Positions 45,610-55,255 of a stretch of DNA of 64,000 bases are shown here, piece by piece (the stretch's first letter is position 1; every line of letters starts with the position of its first letter). The stretch is from a virus. Taxonomy: Duplodnaviria > Caudoviricetes. Under the pieces are notes generated by a model, which was given only the letters and a program-made list of their open reading frames with translations, did not search any database and was not told the DNA's origin. A program made the position numbers and the translations under genes. The stretch covers positions 9,428 to 73,427 of the IMG/VR virus record IMGVR_UViG_3300028580_000062; one strand, given 5' to 3'.

Positions 45610-46815
45610 ATGAGTAAGATTATTGATTTGCGCAATAAGCGTAATACCCTCTGGGAGCAGACAAAAGCTTTCCTGGAGGAACACAGAGACGAGAATGGTC
45701 TCGTCGAAAGCTCTGCTGTAGAGCAGTACAACAAAATGGCTTCTGACGTTAAGGCACTTGGTGATGAGATCGAACGTCTGGAGAATCAGGCAGAAATTGA
45801 TGCAAAGCTGGCCGCACCAACTTCTATGCCAGTACATGCAGATGTGAAGACAGGCAGCAAGAAAAACACTTCTCCAACAGCGACTGCAGAATACAGTGAT
45901 GCATTCTGGAATATGCTGAGAAACCGTGGCAACTACGCTGAAGTCATGGATGCACTGTCTGTCGGTGAAGATCCAAAGGGTGGTTATACTGTCCCGGATG
46001 AATTTGAAAAGCAGCTGGTTGAATCCTTGGAAGAGAATGATATCTTCCGTTCTTTAGCCACTGTCATCAAAACATCTTCTGGCACAAGAAAGATTCCGAT
46101 TGCAGAAGATTCTGGTGAAGCAAGCTGGATCGATGAAGGTCAGGAAATTCCAGAAGCAGATACAACCTTTGGCCAGACAACTCTTGGTGCTTACAAGATG
46201 GGCACAATGATCAAGATTTCTAACGAACTGCTGAACGATTCTGCCTTTGACTTGGCATCTTATATTGCACGTCGGTTTGGTGTGCGTATGGGTAATGCAG
46301 AAGAAAAAGCATTCTTCACAGGGGATGGTCAGAACAAGCCACTCGGTCTGCTTGCAGATACAGGTGGAGCACCCGTTGGTGTTACGGCTTCTACTCAGAC
46401 CTCCGTAAAGTTTGATGAAGTCTTCCAGCTTTACTATGCACTGAAGGCACCATACAGAAAGAACGCACAGTTCCTCTGCAATGAAGCACTTTTGCTGCAG
46501 CTGATGACCCTGAAAGATAAGAACGACAACTATATCTGGAAACCATCACTGGAAATTGGGAAACCAAATACACTGCTTGGCCGTCCACTGGTAACAAGTT
46601 CTTATATGCCTGCAATTGCCGCAAGCGCAAAAGCACTGGTCTTTGGTGACTACAGTTATTACTGGGTTGCTGATCGTCAGAGCAGAACCTTTAAGAGACT
46701 GAATGAGCTGTATGCTCGTACAGATCAGGTTGGCTTTATTTCTACTCAGAGAGTAGATGGCAAGCTGATCCTTCCTGAAGCAGTCCAGGTTCTGCAGATG
46801 AAGGCAACAGTCTAA
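45610..46815 (+). CDS. Major capsid protein, HK97 fold
   Basis: GGYTVPDEF, coiled-coil delta domain, RVDGKL. Confidence 0.95.
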   Translation: MSKIIDLRNKRNTLWEQTKAFLEEHRDENGLVESSAVEQYNKMASDVKALGDEIERLENQAEIDAKLAAPTSMPVHADVKTGSKKNTSPTATAEYSDAFWNMLRNRGNYAEVMDALSVGEDPKGGYTVPDEFEKQLVESLEENDIFRSLATVIKTSSGTRKIPIAEDSGEASWIDEGQEIPEADTTFGQTTLGAYKMGTMIKISNELLNDSAFDLASYIARRFGVRMGNAEEKAFFTGDGQNKPLGLLADTGGAPVGVTASTQTSVKFDEVFQLYYALKAPYRKNAQFLCNEALLLQLMTLKDKNDNYIWKPSLEIGKPNTLLGRPLVTSSYMPAIAASAKALVFGDYSYYWVADRQSRTFKRLNELYARTDQVGFISTQRVDGKLILPEAVQVLQMKATV

Positions 46816-46827
46816 GGAATGAGGTGA

Positions 46828-47169
46828 GTGATCGTGGCATTAATATCGCTTGATGAAGCAAAGGAGTATCTGCGAGTTGACTCGGCTGATGAGGATGCCA
46901 CGATCAGCATCCTCTTATCTTCAGCCTCACGACTTTGCCAAGACGTGGGTAGATTAACGGAAGCACAATGGGCTGTCATTAATTCTGATGCTGAAAGCAC
47001 AGATGCATATACCAAGGATGAACTTTTAGCAATTCGGGAAACGCTCAAAGTCGCAATTCTTTATGCACTTGCTTATTTGTTTGAACACCGAGAAGAGGCA
47101 GATCATCATGCATTGCAACTAACACTTCGGTCGATCTTGTTTGCGATCCGGGAGGGAGTCAATGAATGA
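46828..47169 (+). CDS. Head-tail connector (gp6-like)
   Basis: LDEAKEYLRVD; LFEHRE. Confidence 0.9.
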   Translation: MIVALISLDEAKEYLRVDSADEDATISILLSSASRLCQDVGRLTEAQWAVINSDAESTDAYTKDELLAIRETLKVAILYALAYLFEHREEADHHALQLTLRSILFAIREGVNE

Positions 47170-47501
47170 ATATTGGTGATCTTCGCGTTCGGATTCAGAT
47201 TCAGAAACATGCAGTTGTTGTAGACCAGTACGGAAACCATACCAATGAATGGACAGATTACTTTTCTTGCTGGGCCACAATTGGCACAAGCACCGGCTCT
47301 GAAAGTGGCGGTACTGTTGTTAACCCAGAAGAGTCTCTTGATTTTACCGTTCGCTATTCCAAGGAAACAAAAGCTGTGGAATCCACAAAGTATCGGATTC
47401 TTACCGATGGAAAGATCTATAACATCACCTACGTGAATCCAATGGGTCAAAAGCATAATAGCTTGAAGTTTAACTGCAAGTTGGAGAAGGGCAAAGTATG
47501 A
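47166..47501 (+). CDS. Head closure/adaptor protein
   Basis: MNIGDLRVRIQIQ; position. Confidence 0.85.
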   Translation: MNIGDLRVRIQIQKHAVVVDQYGNHTNEWTDYFSCWATIGTSTGSESGGTVVNPEESLDFTVRYSKETKAVESTKYRILTDGKIYNITYVNPMGQKHNSLKFNCKLEKGKV

Positions 47502-47875
47502 GTCAGAATGTTTCGATTGATGATATGGACGATGTCATTATGAATGAGCTGGAGAAGTACGCAAATCTCGCTACGGATGATATGAAGGATGCGGTCAAAG
47601 ATACTGCAAAGTCGGTAAAGAAAGATATCGAGAGTTCTGCACCGGTCCTCAATGGCCGTTATAAAAAGAGCTGGCGAATCAAGAAAATACGTGAGAATGC
47701 AAACAGCCTAGATGTTCTCGTCCATTCAAGCAATCGTTATCAGCTGACCCATTTATTGGAATTTGGTCATGCGAAACGTGGTGGAGGTAGAGTGGCAGGG
47801 AAGCCGCATATAGAACCTGCTGCAGAAAAAGGAGAGCAGGACCTTATCAAAGCAATCGAGGAGAAGTTGAAATGA
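47498..47875 (+). CDS. HK97 gp10-like tail completion protein
   Basis: HLLEFGH..RGGGRV. Confidence 0.9.
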   Translation: MSQNVSIDDMDDVIMNELEKYANLATDDMKDAVKDTAKSVKKDIESSAPVLNGRYKKSWRIKKIRENANSLDVLVHSSNRYQLTHLLEFGHAKRGGGRVAGKPHIEPAAEKGEQDLIKAIEEKLK

Positions 47876-48189
47876 AATACGAGGATGTGATGGCGATGTT
47901 AACGGAGTGTAATCTGCCGTTTGCCTATGACCATTTTGCGGAAGGAGAATCGCCTGATCCTCCTTTTTTAGTTTTTCTTTTTCCAGGTACTGACAACATG
48001 TTTGCGGATAACCAGGTCTACTACAAAGTGAATGAGCTAAACATTGAACTCTACACCGATAAAAAGGACCCGGAAATTGAGATCCAGATCGAGGATGTCC
48101 TTGCAATCCACGAGGTTGCCTATGAAAAGACAGAGACCTGGATTGAATCCGAAAAGATGTATGAAGTGCTTTATCAAACAGAAATATAG
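47872..48189 (+). CDS. Tail terminator-like protein
   Basis: AYDHF...PPFLV...IELYT; position. Confidence 0.75.
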   Translation: MKYEDVMAMLTECNLPFAYDHFAEGESPDPPFLVFLFPGTDNMFADNQVYYKVNELNIELYTDKKDPEIEIQIEDVLAIHEVAYEKTETWIESEKMYEVLYQTEI

Positions 48190-48198
48190 AAGGAGGTC

Positions 48199-48810
48199 AT
48201 GGAAATGACTAATACAAAGAATAAGGTGAAGTTTGGTCTAAAAAATTGTCACTATGCAACTACGACAATTGCCGAAGACGGGACCATCACCTATGGCACA
48301 TTGAAAAGCCTGCCAGGTTCCGTCAGCTTAGCATTGGATGCAGAAGGTGAGAATGATCCATTCTATGCGGATGATTCCGTATACTACATGATCAGTAATA
48401 ACAATGGTTACTCTGGCGATTTGGAGCTGGCACTGGTACCTGAAGAATTCTTGAAGGATATCCTGAAAGAAACCGAAGATGCCAATGGTGTCCTGGTTGA
48501 AAACAAAGATGTGGAGCCGGCGCATTTTGCACTGCTCTTTGAGTTCACCGGTGATCAGAGAAAGATCAGGCATTGCCTGTATTACTGCAGTGCAACTAGA
48601 CCATCTATGGAAGGTGATACCACGGAAGATAAGACATCCGTAAAGACGGAAAAACTGTCTCTTACAGTGTCCCCACTTCCAAGCGGCGTCGTTAAGGTCA
48701 AGACAGGTACAAATACATCCGAAGCAATCTATAACGATTGGTATAAGGCTGTATATGAACCAAAGGCTCCAACAGCAACTACTACCGGTGATACAACAGC
48801 CGGAGCATAA
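48199..48810 (+). CDS. Major tail protein (phi13 family)
   Basis: NKVKFGLKNCHYA, FYADD, GYSGDLE, FALLFEF. Confidence 0.92.
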   Translation: MEMTNTKNKVKFGLKNCHYATTTIAEDGTITYGTLKSLPGSVSLALDAEGENDPFYADDSVYYMISNNNGYSGDLELALVPEEFLKDILKETEDANGVLVENKDVEPAHFALLFEFTGDQRKIRHCLYYCSATRPSMEGDTTEDKTSVKTEKLSLTVSPLPSGVVKVKTGTNTSEAIYNDWYKAVYEPKAPTATTTGDTTAGA

Positions 48811-48815
48811 ATGAT

Positions 48816-48854
48816 ATGCAGGCAGGGAAGTAATTCTCTGCTTGCATCTTTTTT
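48816..48854 (+). terminator. Hairpin terminator after the major tail gene
   Basis: ATGCAGGCAGGGA-AGTAA-TTCTCTGCTTGCAT followed by C-T6. Confidence 0.65.
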
Positions 48855-48868
48855 AGGAGGATGAAGAA

Positions 48869-49249
48869 ATGGCAGTAACTAAAACAATTGAGATTGATGG
48901 AATTCCAGTAACATTCCGGGCTTCAGCAGCAATCCCAAGATTATACAGAAATCAATTTCATAGGGATATTTACAAAGATCTCTCCGTACTAGAGAAAAGT
49001 ATCGATAAGAGTGAAAAGGAAGATGGTGATCTGGATTCCTTCAGCTTGGAACTTTTCGAGAATATTGCTTGGCTGATGGCAAAACATGCAGATCCAGTGA
49101 ATGTGGCAAAGACACCTGATGAATGGCTGGATCAGTTCAACACCTTCTCAATCTATGAAGTGTTGCCACAAATCATCTCTCTTTGGGGCTTGAATGTTGA
49201 ACAGCAGGTCGAGTCTAAAAAAAACTTCATAAAACGGATCGAGAAATGA
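48869..49249 (+). CDS. Tail assembly chaperone (G)
   Basis: FRASAAIPRLYR; position before the tape measure gene. Confidence 0.85.
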   Translation: MAVTKTIEIDGIPVTFRASAAIPRLYRNQFHRDIYKDLSVLEKSIDKSEKEDGDLDSFSLELFENIAWLMAKHADPVNVAKTPDEWLDQFNTFSIYEVLPQIISLWGLNVEQQVESKKNFIKRIEK

Positions 49250-49410
49250 CAACACCGCTTTTTTTATTGAGGTGTGTTCAACTCGGTCTGTCAATTCGTG
49301 ATCTTGACCTTCTGACCATTGGAACCGTTAATGATATGTACACAGAAATGGGGAATGACAGCTATGATTATTCGGAGGTGGCTACGCAGGATATGATGGA
49401 TCGGTTTTGA
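49246..49410 (+). CDS. Tail assembly chaperone T segment, probably reached by -1 frameshift
   Basis: Slippery A AAA AAC (A8 run 49217-49224); the -1 frame is open into MTTPLFLLRCVQLGLS...; not in the supplied ORF track. Confidence 0.75.
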   Translation: MTTPLFLLRCVQLGLSIRDLDLLTIGTVNDMYTEMGNDSYDYSEVATQDMMDRF

Positions 49411-49436
49411 CCGGGGTTGTGGTATCATGGTATAAT
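49407..49436 (+). promoter_or_regulatory. Strong sigma-A promoter of the GNAT moron
   Basis: TTGACC-18 nt-TATAAT with extended TGn. Confidence 0.75.
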
Positions 49437-49497
49437 TAGCTCGACAAATCCGAATTTGTCGAGCAAGATTATTTATATAATACGAGGTGGGAGTGTC

Positions 49498-49998
49498 ATG
49501 TTATATTTAAAAAAACTCGCTTTATCAGACGGTCAAGACATTTATAATATGTTGCAGGAGATTTCGTCAAACGATAACGGTTTTCATAATAAGGTATATG
49601 GAATGACCTTTGATCAATACAAAATATGGCTTGAAAAAGAATTTGCAATTGATAATGGAAAATTGGAAAACTGGATGGTCCCACAGTCATCCTATTGGTT
49701 GTATGATAATACGGTTCCAATAGGGTATGGACGGATACGTCATTGCTTAAATGATGCATTGAGGGAAACGAGCGGGAACATAGGCTATGCTATCGCTTAT
49801 TCAAAACGTGGTCAAGGGTACGGAAATTCCATATTAGCATTACTAAAAGAAAAGTGTGTGGAACTTGGTATGATGCAACTACAAATCGGCGCTAATGCAA
49901 ACAACGAACGATCTAATAAGGTTATCATTCATAATGGCGGTGTTTTAATTAGAGAAAATAATGGAAAGAATTTTTATTGCATCAACCTCACAAAATGA
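49498..49998 (+). CDS. GNAT acetyltransferase (moron)
   Basis: GNIGYAI...RGQGYG acetyl-CoA motif, NERSNKVI; AT-rich. Confidence 0.9.
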   Translation: MLYLKKLALSDGQDIYNMLQEISSNDNGFHNKVYGMTFDQYKIWLEKEFAIDNGKLENWMVPQSSYWLYDNTVPIGYGRIRHCLNDALRETSGNIGYAIAYSKRGQGYGNSILALLKEKCVELGMMQLQIGANANNERSNKVIIHNGGVLIRENNGKNFYCINLTK

Positions 49999-50062
49999 GC
50001 ATAACCCCACCCATACAACTTCCGATTTATAGAGGTGTTATAAAAATTAAATGTTTATCATT

Positions 50063-50096
50063 AAGCACTTTCACAGAGATGTGGAGGTGCTTTTTT
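50063..50096 (+). terminator. Terminator closing the GNAT moron
   Basis: AAGCAC...GTGCTT followed by T-tract. Confidence 0.65.
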
Positions 50097-50121
50097 CGTA
50101 CTCAGAAAGGAGGCGGTCATC

Positions 50122-52770
50122 GTGGCAGACCGAATTAAAGGAATAACCGTAGAGATCGGTGGCGATACCACTGGCCTTTCAAAAGCTCTAGCCGGAGTTA
50201 ATCAAGAAATAAAGAATACTCAGTCACAGCTTAAGGATGTTAATAAACTACTAAAGCTTGATCCAACAAACTCAACTCTGATCGAGCAGAAATTCAAACT
50301 GCTTGGTCAGTCCGTAGATGAGACAAAGAAAAAACTGAATGATCTGAAATCGGTACAGGATCAGATGGATGCAGGTCTAAAGAACGGATCAGTCACCCAG
50401 CAACAGTATGATGCATGGCAGCGTGAGATCGTTGCTACGGAACAGGAACTGAAGAATCTGGAAAAGGAATGCAAGACCACAGATTCTAGTATTGCTGCAA
50501 CACTGAAACAAGCTGGATCAAAGATGCAAGAAGTTGGCGGAAAGATCAGCGATGCTGGTGAAGGTCTCACAAAAGGTGTAACAGTTCCTATCGTTGCCAT
50601 TGGGACAGCTTCACTGGCTGCATTCAAAGAAGTCGATGATGGCTTGGATACTGTTGAGCAGAAGACGGGTGCTAGTGGAGCTGCACTGGATGAAATGAAC
50701 CAGATGGTAAAGGATCTGGCCACAGAGATTCCAACCGACTTTGCTACAGCGGGTGCCGCTGTTGGTGAGGTGAACACAAGATTCAAACTTTCTGGTGATG
50801 CACTGGATCAACTGTCTGGTAAGTTTATCAAGTTCTCACAAATCAATAACACTGATGTATCCACTTCTGTTGATAATGTCTCAGGTGTATTGAATGCCTT
50901 TGGACAGGACAGTTCCAATGCTGGAGATCTGTTGGATGCTCTCAATGCGACTGGACAGGCAACTGGTATAGACATGGGTACCCTTGCAAGTTCTCTGCAA
51001 TTGAACGCAGTCCAACTCAAAGAAATGGGTCTGAACTCACAGCAGGCAGCAGGATTCATGGGCATGGTTGAGATGTCTGGTCTTGATACATCGGCTGCAA
51101 TGATGGGCTTGAAAACAGCCATGAAGAATGCCACAAAGGATGGTCAGACATTAGACCAGGCAATTGCGAAATTCTCAGAAACTATGAAAGGAAATGGCAC
51201 AGAAACTGAGAAACTACAGGCTGCCTACGATCTTTTTGGTAGTAAAGCTGGTGCTGCTGTTTATAATGCCGCATCAACAGGAAAACTGAACCTTGAGAAT
51301 CTATCTGACTCACTGGGTAACTTCTCTGGAAGTGTTGAAAATACATTCAATCAGACCTTAGATCCAATTGACCAATTCCAAATGAGCATGAATAGCCTGA
51401 AAGAAACAGGAGCGGATATCGGTAATTCATTAGCGACTGTCTTGGCACCAGTATTGAAGGATATTTCAGGAGCTTTGAAGACCTTTTCACAGATTTGGAA
51501 CAGTATCCCAGAACCAGTGCAAAATACGATCATCAAGATTGCTTTACTTGCGGCGACCATTGGACCATTACTGGTTGCCGGTGGCAAGGTCATCAGTGCT
51601 GTCGGCACGATCACCAGTGCAATTGGAAGTTTGACGACCTTCCTGGGCATTGGTACTGCGGCCACGACAGCGGCCGGAACAGCGGCCACAGCGACCGGTG
51701 CAGCAGTAGGTGCAGCATCTATACCACTTCTACCAATCATCGGCATCATCGCGGCTATTATCGCGGCAGTTGTGGCCATTATTGCCATCGTGAAGAACTG
51801 GGGTGCCATTACCGATTGGTTTAAGGGAGTGTGGTCTGGCTTCTGTGATGGAATTCAGACTGCCTGGACTGCCGTTGGCGATTTCTTCACGCAAACATTG
51901 CCGAACTTCTTCTCAGATATTGGCCAGAAATGGTCGGATGGTTGGAACACGATGAAGGCAAATGCGGGAACCATCTGGGACAACATTAAAACAGGTGTCG
52001 GTAATTCAATCGACAATATCAAAACCAACGTGGGGAATGGACTGGATAACGTGAAGCAATCCTTTTCCGACAAGTTGTCTGCCGCCCACGATACGGCGGC
52101 TTCCATCATGGAAAATATCAGGGGTGCTTTCAGCGACAAAATTAGCGCAGCTAGAGATGGCGTTTCCAATGCAATCGATGCGATCAAGGGTTTCTTTAAC
52201 TTTGATTGGCATTTACCAGAGATCAAACTGCCTCATTTTTCTATTGAAGGGAGCTTCTCGCTTGATCCACCATCCATTCCTCATATTGGTGTTTCTTGGT
52301 ACAAAAAGGCAATGGGAGATGGCATGGTTTTGAACAGCCCGACCATTTTCGGGGCACAAGGCGGTCAGCTGCTTGCTGGCGGAGAAGCTGGACCAGAAGC
52401 TGTCGTTGGAGTCAGTTCGTTATCCTCGATGATTCAGAATGCAGTTTCGTCACAGACTGGAAGCATTACTGCCGCAATTGCATCTGCACTTGCAGATGCG
52501 GGCAACACCGGAGATATCACAATCCCGGTATATCTTGGCGGAACATTGATTGATGAAACCATTATTACTGCGCAGCAGCGGATGGCACTACGGTCAGGAG
52601 GTAGATCATGGCATTTACACAATATCTGCGGATCAACAATACAGATATCCCACTTCCTACTTCCTATGATCTGTCACTGTCAGATGTTGAAGCTGATAGT
52701 TCGGGAGATACGGAAGCCGGGACGAAACAAAGAGACCTTGTGCGGTCTGGTATGGCGGAGATTTCTGTGA
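50122..52770 (+). CDS. Tape measure protein (C-terminus apparently read through into the next gene)
   Basis: Ala/Thr-rich helical repeats, AGGEAGPEAVV; expected end ...RSGGR at 52605. Confidence 0.92.
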   Translation: MADRIKGITVEIGGDTTGLSKALAGVNQEIKNTQSQLKDVNKLLKLDPTNSTLIEQKFKLLGQSVDETKKKLNDLKSVQDQMDAGLKNGSVTQQQYDAWQREIVATEQELKNLEKECKTTDSSIAATLKQAGSKMQEVGGKISDAGEGLTKGVTVPIVAIGTASLAAFKEVDDGLDTVEQKTGASGAALDEMNQMVKDLATEIPTDFATAGAAVGEVNTRFKLSGDALDQLSGKFIKFSQINNTDVSTSVDNVSGVLNAFGQDSSNAGDLLDALNATGQATGIDMGTLASSLQLNAVQLKEMGLNSQQAAGFMGMVEMSGLDTSAAMMGLKTAMKNATKDGQTLDQAIAKFSETMKGNGTETEKLQAAYDLFGSKAGAAVYNAASTGKLNLENLSDSLGNFSGSVENTFNQTLDPIDQFQMSMNSLKETGADIGNSLATVLAPVLKDISGALKTFSQIWNSIPEPVQNTIIKIALLAATIGPLLVAGGKVISAVGTITSAIGSLTTFLGIGTAATTAAGTAATATGAAVGAASIPLLPIIGIIAAIIAAVVAIIAIVKNWGAITDWFKGVWSGFCDGIQTAWTAVGDFFTQTLPNFFSDIGQKWSDGWNTMKANAGTIWDNIKTGVGNSIDNIKTNVGNGLDNVKQSFSDKLSAAHDTAASIMENIRGAFSDKISAARDGVSNAIDAIKGFFNFDWHLPEIKLPHFSIEGSFSLDPPSIPHIGVSWYKKAMGDGMVLNSPTIFGAQGGQLLAGGEAGPEAVVGVSSLSSMIQNAVSSQTGSITAAIASALADAGNTGDITIPVYLGGTLIDETIITAQQRMALRSGGRSWHLHNICGSTIQISHFLLPMICHCQMLKLIVREIRKPGRNKETLCGLVWRRFL

Positions 52771-52970
52771 CTTTTCAAGTGTCACCAGATTGGCTGAAGA
52801 GATTCTCTTTAATGAGAAAGCAACCGAAACTGTCTGTCGAGTTCTTTAATACAGAAACGATGGTTCCTGAGACACGCGATATGTACATGGATGGTTTCAA
52901 ATCATCCTTGGTTCATGACACAGTCAAGAAGGGACTTTGGAAAGTCAGCTTTGATCTTAAAGAATACTAG
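52608..52970 (+). CDS. Distal tail protein-like
   Basis: GGAGG RBS; position after the tape measure gene. Confidence 0.7.
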   Translation: MAFTQYLRINNTDIPLPTSYDLSLSDVEADSSGDTEAGTKQRDLVRSGMAEISVTFQVSPDWLKRFSLMRKQPKLSVEFFNTETMVPETRDMYMDGFKSSLVHDTVKKGLWKVSFDLKEY

Positions 52971-52984
52971 GAGGGAGTGGGTTT

Positions 52985-55255
52985 ATGTATTCAGTTTCAG
53001 ATGCCTATAAAATTGCAATACAAGAAAATACCCGCTCCTTTTACTGGTCTGGGTTAATTGTCACAACAGAAGGAAAAGAATATCCGTTTACCAATAAGGA
53101 CATTGTCAAAGGATCTGGATATGTTACCAGGCAATGTTCTGGAAGTTCTGAAATAGAACTAGGCTCGGTCTATGCAGCAGAGATGGGAATCTCCCTGTTC
53201 TCTGATATTGACCGTTACAGTCTTGAAAATGCAAAGATCACATTGACCTTTCATATGACACTGCATGATGGCACCGTTGAGGATGTACCTTTGGGCATCT
53301 TTTATGTTGCAGAAGCGAACCGTAAGATTCGAACCCTTGAGATAAAGGCATACGATGCAATGCTGAATTTTGAGCGTGCATACAACAAAGCACAATCTAG
53401 TGGATATCCTTATGATCTGCTGACTTTAATATGCAAAGACTGCAAAGTTGAGCTGGCTCAGACCAAAGCTGAGATCGAGGCCCTGCCAAACGGAACAGCA
53501 CTTTTGGGCGTATATCCAGATAACGACATCGAGACCTGCCGAGATCTATTGCATTATCTCTCGCAAGCATTAGGTTGCTTTGCAACGATTGGTAGAGACG
53601 GAAAATTGAAACTGGTAAAGTACAATGCTAACTCTGTAGCTACCGTGAATAACACGCATCGATATTCGAGTAGCTTTTCTGATTTTGTGACGCGTTATAC
53701 AGCGCTCAATTCAACGAATAAAAGAACGAATACAGCAGAGTACATTGCATTAGATCCTGATGATGGTTTGACGATGAATTTTGGTGTCAATCCTTTATTG
53801 CAGTTTGGCCTTGATGAGACAAGAAAGCAGATTCTAACAAACCTTCTGAATGCAATTTCAGTCATCAACTATGTTCCTTTCGATTCAGAAACGATTGGAG
53901 ATCCTGCACTAGATTTGGCTGATGTTTTAGTCTTCACTGGTGGCCAGGCAGATGCAACAAAGATGGCTGCCATTACGTCCTTGACTGTAAGAATCAATGG
54001 CAAGTGCTCCCTGAAATGTGTAGGCAAAAATCCGCGTCTATCTGAAGCAAAGAGTAAGAATGACAAGAACATTAATGGCCTTCTCAATTCAGTCGAGACG
54101 ACTAAGATGTCCACTTACTCTTATGTAAATGCTCTGGGATATGTACTTGGTGCAGAGAAGGGACAGATCATTAAACTCGAGTATGCAACACAAGAAGAAA
54201 CGGACTGTGAATTTAAGGCAACCATAATTTTGGATGTTGCTGCAACTCAAGAAACCAAATTGATTACATCCCAGGGGACAGGAATGACAATCCTACCAGT
54301 AGAAACCAAAGATGCATCAGGGAATGTTACAACGACAAATAAAGAACTCGCAACATCAGTTTCAGTTCCGTCTCCCTGGCAAGAGGATGGCCAATCTGTC
54401 GTGATTGTTACATACGTCATTGATGGCCATGAGATTGAGGAATTCCATCCAACAGAAACATGGCATAGTGGCTTGCACCTTCTGAATCTGTTTTATCCAC
54501 TTTTAGATATGCAAGAGAAGACACTCCACACCTTTGAGGTATGGATATCGATTGCACCAGGAGCAGCGACGATTGCCGCACAATGCATCATTGCATCCAT
54601 TACCGGTCAGGGACTTGGAGCCCAGGATCGTTGGGATGGTCGTATTACTGCAAAGGACGAGCTGAGTCCAATCCTGATAAATGTTATGAGCACATTAGGA
54701 CTTTCAGGAGATGTAGTCACGGAACTCGATGCACCGACTTCTGCAGGGCTGTCAGATCAATACTCAAAGATACAGCTGACGGGTCTTCCGCTCGCTGGGT
54801 TGATGGATAACTTGAGAGTGTTTGCTCCGGTGGTTCATGACGTGATCGATATCAGTGATAAGAAAAAGATGTCTTATAGCAAAATCTATGTTATTGACGT
54901 TGATCAATTTTCACTGAGAAAAGCTTATGAGATCTTTGGCGGGACAGAGAAGCGATTGGATCGGGGCAATATGGATAGTCTGGTGATTTCTACCCAAGAA
55001 TTTGATTCACTGACTTCTATCACTGTAAATCCATTTGTAACCGCACCATTTGTCGGTGGCCATCATACTTCAACCCAGAAGATGACGGGAACGAATTATA
55101 CGGTACTTGTAGATCAGAAACTGATGCTTGCATCTAAGTATCAAACCGTGATTTCGAGTGTTGAAACATCCATCGATAAAGGTCGCCTTGTGGCTTATCC
55201 ACTCGGCTTTACAAACTTCACTACATTAACAGAACTGGAGGTCAATAATGGCTGA
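52985..55255 (+). CDS. Baseplate/tail hub protein
   Basis: ELGSVYAAE, IKAYDAM; position. Confidence 0.7.
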   Translation: MYSVSDAYKIAIQENTRSFYWSGLIVTTEGKEYPFTNKDIVKGSGYVTRQCSGSSEIELGSVYAAEMGISLFSDIDRYSLENAKITLTFHMTLHDGTVEDVPLGIFYVAEANRKIRTLEIKAYDAMLNFERAYNKAQSSGYPYDLLTLICKDCKVELAQTKAEIEALPNGTALLGVYPDNDIETCRDLLHYLSQALGCFATIGRDGKLKLVKYNANSVATVNNTHRYSSSFSDFVTRYTALNSTNKRTNTAEYIALDPDDGLTMNFGVNPLLQFGLDETRKQILTNLLNAISVINYVPFDSETIGDPALDLADVLVFTGGQADATKMAAITSLTVRINGKCSLKCVGKNPRLSEAKSKNDKNINGLLNSVETTKMSTYSYVNALGYVLGAEKGQIIKLEYATQEETDCEFKATIILDVAATQETKLITSQGTGMTILPVETKDASGNVTTTNKELATSVSVPSPWQEDGQSVVIVTYVIDGHEIEEFHPTETWHSGLHLLNLFYPLLDMQEKTLHTFEVWISIAPGAATIAAQCIIASITGQGLGAQDRWDGRITAKDELSPILINVMSTLGLSGDVVTELDAPTSAGLSDQYSKIQLTGLPLAGLMDNLRVFAPVVHDVIDISDKKKMSYSKIYVIDVDQFSLRKAYEIFGGTEKRLDRGNMDSLVISTQEFDSLTSITVNPFVTAPFVGGHHTSTQKMTGTNYTVLVDQKLMLASKYQTVISSVETSIDKGRLVAYPLGFTNFTTLTELEVNNG

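Noticed and set aside
45151-45837. 228-aa minus-strand Ser/Gly-rich ORF
   Set aside because: Antisense shadow of the acidic EEDP tract of the protease and the capsid start
50361-52226. Several 100-150-aa minus-strand ORFs
   Set aside because: Antisense shadows of the Ala/Thr-rich tape measure gene
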